Shown here: positions 59,576 to 64,000 of the stretch, piece after piece
Layout of the letters: each line of letters opens with the position of its first letter
How positions within the stretch are numbered: position 1 is the first letter of the stretch
NCBI GenBank assembly: GCA_963762255.1
Contig: CAVXKA010000002.1
Coordinates: 1,056,001 to 1,120,000 of the forward strand
Length of the DNA stretch: 64,000 nucleotides
Direction: 5' to 3'
Source: Candidatus Eiseniibacteriota bacterium
Lineage (GTDB): Bacteria; Eisenbacteria; RBG-16-71-46; JABDJR01
The notes under the pieces: model-generated
Database searches by the model: none
The model's input: only the letters and a program-made list of their open reading frames with translations
What the model was told of the DNA's origin: nothing
Position numbers and translations under genes: made by a program

Positions 59576-61076
59576 TCATGACTGGGGCTTCCTCATGACG
59601 CCGACCACGCGATTGCCGGGCCGGAACGCTTCCTCGGCTGCGGCCTTCACGTCCGCGGCGGTCACCGCGTCCAGGTTATCCAGGTAGCGGAAGAGCTTCG
59701 CCGTAGTCGCCCCGCATTCCCTCGTAGGTGGCAAGCTGACCGGCAAGCCCCGAATTGGAGCGCAGGCCTCGCACGAACTCCGCCCGCTGCATGGTCTTCA
59801 CCTTGGCCAATTCCTCGGCGGTCGGACCGTCCTTCGCCAGCCGGGACAGCTCTTCGTAGACCGCCGCCTCGACCGCTTCGGGAGTTGAGTCCTTGGAGAC
59901 GATGCCCTGAACGGCAAGGAGGGTCGGGTACTTGTCGCCGATGATGCCGACACCGGCTCCCGCCTGGGCGGCGATCTTGTCCTGCTTCACCAGCCGCTGG
60001 TAGATGCGGCTCGAGCGGCCGCCGCCGGCGATGTCGGCAAGAAGCTGATTGGCGAACCACTTGGGATCGCGCGAGCCGGGAATGTGGTAGCCGATGAGCA
60101 CGATCGGGAGCGCGTCTTCTTCGCGGATCACGCGCACCTCGGCCTCATGCCGCGGCTCTACCGTGCGGAGCGGCGGCGGAGCCTCGCCGGCGTGAACGCC
60201 GGAGAAGTACTTCTCGGCGAGGCGCTTCACCTCGGCGAACTTCACGTCCCCCACCACCGCGATCGTGATGTTGGAGGCGACGTAGTTCCGGTTGAAGAAG
60301 CTCTGGGCGTCATCGCGGGTGATCCGCTTGAGATCGGACGCGTTGCCGATCACCCCGCCGATGCCGTAGGGGTGCGCGTCGAACGAGGCGGCCAGCCAGT
60401 CGAAGAAGAACCGACCGGTCGGGCTCGACTCCTGGAAGCGACGCTCCTCGTAGACCACGTCGCGCTCCGTGTAGTACTCGCGCAGGACCGGGTTGGTGAG
60501 GCGGTCCCCCTCCATGCGCGCCCACAGCTCGAAACGGTTCGACGGAAGGCTGTAGTAGTACTGCGTGAAGTCGGTCCAGGTGCTGGCGTTGAGGCCCACC
60601 GCACCGCGCTCCTCGAGGATCTTGGAGTACTCGTTGTTGACGACGTACTTGCGTGCCTCGTCGCGGGCCTTCTTGTATGCGTCTTCGAGCTGGGCGAGCC
60701 GGGTCGAGTCCGTGTCGACACCCTTGTCCATCTCGCGGGACACCGCGTCCCACGCGGCGTCTTCCGCAGCCATGGCCTTCTTCTCCGCCGAGATGTCGGT
60801 CGTGCCGATGGTCTCGGTGCCCTTGAACGCCATGTGCTCGAACATGTGGGCGACACCGGTGATGCCCGGCACTTCGTCCACGCCTCCGGCATCGACGTAG
60901 GTCCAGAACGAGAAGACGGGCGCGTCGTGGCGCTCCAGAACGAGGAAGGTCAGGCCGTTGGGAAGCGTGAACTTCTTGACCTGGGACTCGAGGTCTTTGA
61001 ACCCCGCGGCGCCGGCCGGTCGTGCCGCGACGAGCAGCGCGGCCAGGGCGCACACGGAGAGCAGGCGAAACCGCAT
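59576..61076 (-). CDS. M16 zinc peptidase catalytic subunit; frameshift near 59697
   Basis: GVAHMFEHMAFKG, LNAST, ERDVVYEERR and SSRIYQRLV motifs; C-terminus VTAADVKAAA...NRVVG lies in another frame. Confidence 0.88.
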
Positions 61077-61357
61077 GGATGGGCCTCCGGATAGAGATTG
61101 CGTGCCGAACGATGTGGGACTGGGGGGGTAAGGACGAAGCATTCTAGCGCCCGGGGGCGAGGTGAACAAGGCAGGAGTGGTGGGGGCCTGCAGCCCTGGC
61201 GCCTCTGCCGCCCCGTGGCGCGGCAAGCGCTCGCCGGCTAGACGCAAGGGTGGGGTATACTCTCCGAGGAACCCGTCCAGAGGCAGGTATGCGGTCGCAT
61301 GGCCCTGGTCAGGTTCTAAGGGCGGAAGGCGCTCCGGCGTCGATTTCGGAGAAAGCA

Positions 61358-61555
61358 ATGAGCACTGGATTCCCGGCAGGATGGGACGAAGCACGCGTGC
61401 GCCGAGTCCTCGCCCACTACGAGTCGCAGACCGACGAGGAATCGGTGGCAGAGGACGAGGCGACGTATGAAGATGTGTCCGTCACACTGATGGAGATCCC
61501 GGTCGAGCTCGTCCCCGCCGTCCGCCACTTGATCTCAGAACGCAAGCGCGCCTGA
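61358..61555 (+). CDS. Small acidic protein, probable orphan antitoxin
   Basis: FPAGWDEARVRRVLAHYESQTDEE...MEIPVELVPAVRHLI; 65 aa; resemblance is recalled, not searched. Confidence 0.55.
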   Translation: MSTGFPAGWDEARVRRVLAHYESQTDEESVAEDEATYEDVSVTLMEIPVELVPAVRHLISERKRA

Positions 61556-61565
61556 CGCGCCGACC

Positions 61566-62567
61566 CTACAGCCGCCGCGTCCCCCCCGCGGTGACGTGCT
61601 TGAACACCGCCTCCAGCGTGTTGTCCAGCGTATGCACGCCGCGCACGGGAACGCCGGTGCCGACCACCAGCGCGGCTAGCTCACGATACGCGGTCTCCGG
61701 GTGATCGGTGACGAACTCCAGTCGGTCGGGCGCGGTGACCTTGAGTTCACGCACATGGGGCAGGCCAAGGAGCGCGGCCCCGAGCGCCCGCGGGTCGTCC
61801 GCCGAGACCTCCACGCGATGCGGATGGCGGTCGCGAAGGTCGCGCAGAAGATCCTCGATCTTGCCGAAGCCCAGGAGCCGGCCGTGCGCAAGGACACCGA
61901 CCCGGTCGGTGAGGCTCTCCACTTCGTGCAAGACATGCGAGGAGACGAGCACGGTGCGCCCGCTCTTCCCCAACACTTCGATCGCGTCGGAGAGCTCGCG
62001 GCGGCTCGGCGGGTCCACGCCAAGGAACGGCTCGTCCAATAGCACCAACTCCGAATCGTCCGCGAGCGCCAGCCCGAGCTTCAACCGCTGACGCATGCCG
62101 CGCGACCATGTCCGCACGCGGCGGTTGCCGTCGGCGGTGAGATGAATCACGTCGAGCGCGTGCGCGGCGAGTTGGCGCGCGGCACGGCGGTCGTGACCGC
62201 GGGCCAGAAATGCGATCTCCAGGTTGCGCCGCCCGGAGAGCTCGTCATGGAAGCACTGCGTCGCGGGCACGAGTCGAATGCGCGCGCGGATCGAAGCATC
62301 CGCGAAGCTGTTCCCCCCCAACACCACCGCGCGCCCCTCCTGCGGCGCGATGAGACCCGTGAGCACGCGCATGAGCGTGGACTTGCCGCTCCCGTTGGGG
62401 CCCACGATGCCGGTGATGCCGGGGCGCAGCGTGAGCGACACGTTGCTCAAGCCCACCACCTCGCCGTAGAAAACGCTCACATCGGTGAGGACGATTGGGT
62501 CGCCGGTGAACGGCGCTCTTGCAGACGGCGTGCGGCGGTCGACGCCGCTGTTCAACGCCGCGCTCAC
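61566..62567 (-). CDS. ABC transporter ATP-binding protein
   Basis: GPNGSGKST, WSRGMRQR, LLDEP and SSH motifs. Confidence 0.9.
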   Translation of the reverse strand: MSAALNSGVDRRTPSARAPFTGDPIVLTDVSVFYGEVVGLSNVSLTLRPGITGIVGPNGSGKSTLMRVLTGLIAPQEGRAVVLGGNSFADASIRARIRLVPATQCFHDELSGRRNLEIAFLARGHDRRAARQLAAHALDVIHLTADGNRRVRTWSRGMRQRLKLGLALADDSELVLLDEPFLGVDPPSRRELSDAIEVLGKSGRTVLVSSHVLHEVESLTDRVGVLAHGRLLGFGKIEDLLRDLRDRHPHRVEVSADDPRALGAALLGLPHVRELKVTAPDRLEFVTDHPETAYRELAALVVGTGVPVRGVHTLDNTLEAVFKHVTAGGTRRL

Positions 62568-63394
62568 GGGATCATCTCCTTGCGCACGGCGCGCAACGTC
62601 ACCAGCGTTCCGAGCGCGCCGTAGACGGCCAGGACCGCGGCACCCGCCACGCCTCGGATCGGCTCGCGGTCCCCGAAGAGAGCGCGCAAGAGTTCCACGG
62701 CCGCGTTGCCTGGCCCGGCTCCGTACGCGTCTTCCTGCCAGATCCCTTCGACGATGGCGTCGGGCACCACGAACACCGCCAGCGCGAGCAGTAGAGCCCA
62801 ACGAGCGCGCCGCGTCGCCGCGCTCGGCCCCACCGACGCACCCGCGTAACCCATGGCGATGAAGAGCGCGGCCACGCCCACCTTGAGCATCAGCATCACG
62901 GACTGCCCGGTGCCGATCTGATCCCCCATCACCCCTTGCCGTAGCACCGCGATAAGAATGCCGGGCAGGAACATGAGCAGGAACGTGGGGATCGCCACCG
63001 CAAGGAGCTTCCCCCAGGTGTAGTGCCACGGCAGCACCGGACGCACCGCGTAGAGGTAGAGCACGTCCTCGGCGCGGTCGCGCGCCACCAACGGCGTCCC
63101 CAAACCCAGCGCCAGCAACATGACCGGCATCGCCTGGATCATGAGCATCCGCAGGACGGGATCCCAGCCGAGATCGACGCCCACGGCCTTCTTCGCCATC
63201 ACGCGAACGACGAGGATGATGCCCATGACGAGCGGCGGCAGAAGACTCCCCAGGAAAAAGAGCCGCACCATGCGCCCGCGGAACGCGATCCCCACTTCGC
63301 GGCGAGCGATGGCCCGGATCACGTGTGCGTGGCTCGGCGCCTTGCCGGGGCGGTGCGTGCCGCCGTTCGCGACGGCGAGAGTGCTAGGTGACAC
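62564..63394 (-). CDS. ABC-2 type permease
   Basis: Six TM segments with ARDR...LYLYAVRP...Y..GK motif, between two ATPases. Confidence 0.82.
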   Translation of the reverse strand: MSPSTLAVANGGTHRPGKAPSHAHVIRAIARREVGIAFRGRMVRLFFLGSLLPPLVMGIILVVRVMAKKAVGVDLGWDPVLRMLMIQAMPVMLLALGLGTPLVARDRAEDVLYLYAVRPVLPWHYTWGKLLAVAIPTFLLMFLPGILIAVLRQGVMGDQIGTGQSVMLMLKVGVAALFIAMGYAGASVGPSAATRRARWALLLALAVFVVPDAIVEGIWQEDAYGAGPGNAAVELLRALFGDREPIRGVAGAAVLAVYGALGTLVTLRAVRKEMIP

Positions 63395-64000
63395 GGGCCC
63401 GCTCCATCGCGGAGAGCACCGCGTCTTCGAGGGTGGCGGTCTGTCGTTCGAGTCGGCGCACCTCGGCGCCCGCCTCCGCGACCGCGCGCCAGAACGGCAT
63501 GAGATCGCCGTCGGGTCCGGTCATGAACACGATGCGCCCGGGCTCGCGTTCGCTCACGCGATACCCCACCGTTTCGAGGCGGGCGGCCAGCTCCGCGCCC
63601 AGACCCTCGCCCTGCGCTTCCAATATCTGCGATTCGGGGCCGAGAAGCTTGCCCACCGGCCCATAGAACGCCACGGAACCGCCTTCGAGCAAGAGCATCT
63701 CGTCGCAGAGCATTTCCGCGTCGTGCAGCACGTGAGTGCTGAAGATGATGCGCCGCCCCTCGTCGCGCAGCTCGCGAATGAGATTCAAGAGCTGCATGCG
63801 TCCGGGTGGATCGAGGCCGACGGTCGGCTCGTCGAGGATCAAGATCTCGGGATCGTGGACGAGGCTCATGGCGAGCTTGCATCGCTGGCGCATGCCGGTC
63901 GAGTAACCGACCGTGGGACGGTAGCGCTCTTCGCCGACATCGAGCGCGTCCAGTGCGCGGTGCGCCCGCCGAAGCGCCTCGCGGCGCGCGAGCCCGCTCA
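63384..64000 (-). CDS. ABC transporter ATP-binding protein (5' partial)
   Basis: YSTGMRQR, ILDEPTVGLDP and STH motifs; runs off the window end. Confidence 0.88.
   Translation of the reverse strand, partial: SGLARREALRRAHRALDALDVGEERYRPTVGYSTGMRQRCKLAMSLVHDPEILILDEPTVGLDPPGRMQLLNLIRELRDEGRRIIFSTHVLHDAEMLCDEMLLLEGGSVAFYGPVGKLLGPESQILEAQGEGLGAELAARLETVGYRVSEREPGRIVFMTGPDGDLMPFWRAVAEAGAEVRRLERQTATLEDAVLSAMERARVT

Noticed and set aside
54625-59687. 909-aa and 735-aa plus-strand ORFs
   Set aside because: Antisense shadows of the tricorn and M16 genes

Overview
High-GC bacterial window, probably from a metagenome assembly of an uncultured diderm. A secreted protein ending in a 'TWGxxKxLY' tail hints at the Eisenbacteria/Krumholzibacteria-type lineages (inference only). 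The centrepiece is a ~16.3 kb minus-strand locus (7.5-23.9 kb) encoding what looks like a complete extracellular electron transfer chain. It holds an ImcH-like membrane heptaheme, a periplasmic tetraheme, an NHL beta-propeller, an OmcS-like hexaheme that keeps the FH-x6-CxxCH-xx-H polymerisation motif, a second multiheme, a beta-barrel, two CsgG/PelC-like lipoproteins and a ~42-heme giant cytochrome, followed by an MtrA/MtrB-like porin-cytochrome module with a hexaheme lipoprotein. The window also carries an Ehr (hydrogenase-related, no NiFe motifs) complex behind an HTH-PTS EIIA regulator with a palindromic operator, an orphan PntAA, an unusual PrpD/homoaconitase/dehydrogenase/CitD-CitE/CitF operon, a secreted protease cluster (tricorn plus an M16 pair), housekeeping genes and the end of an ABC transporter operon. 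Several genes carry clustered single-base frameshifts that are most likely sequencing errors. All calls come from reading motifs by eye; no database searches were run. No tRNA, rRNA, CRISPR array or transposase was seen.
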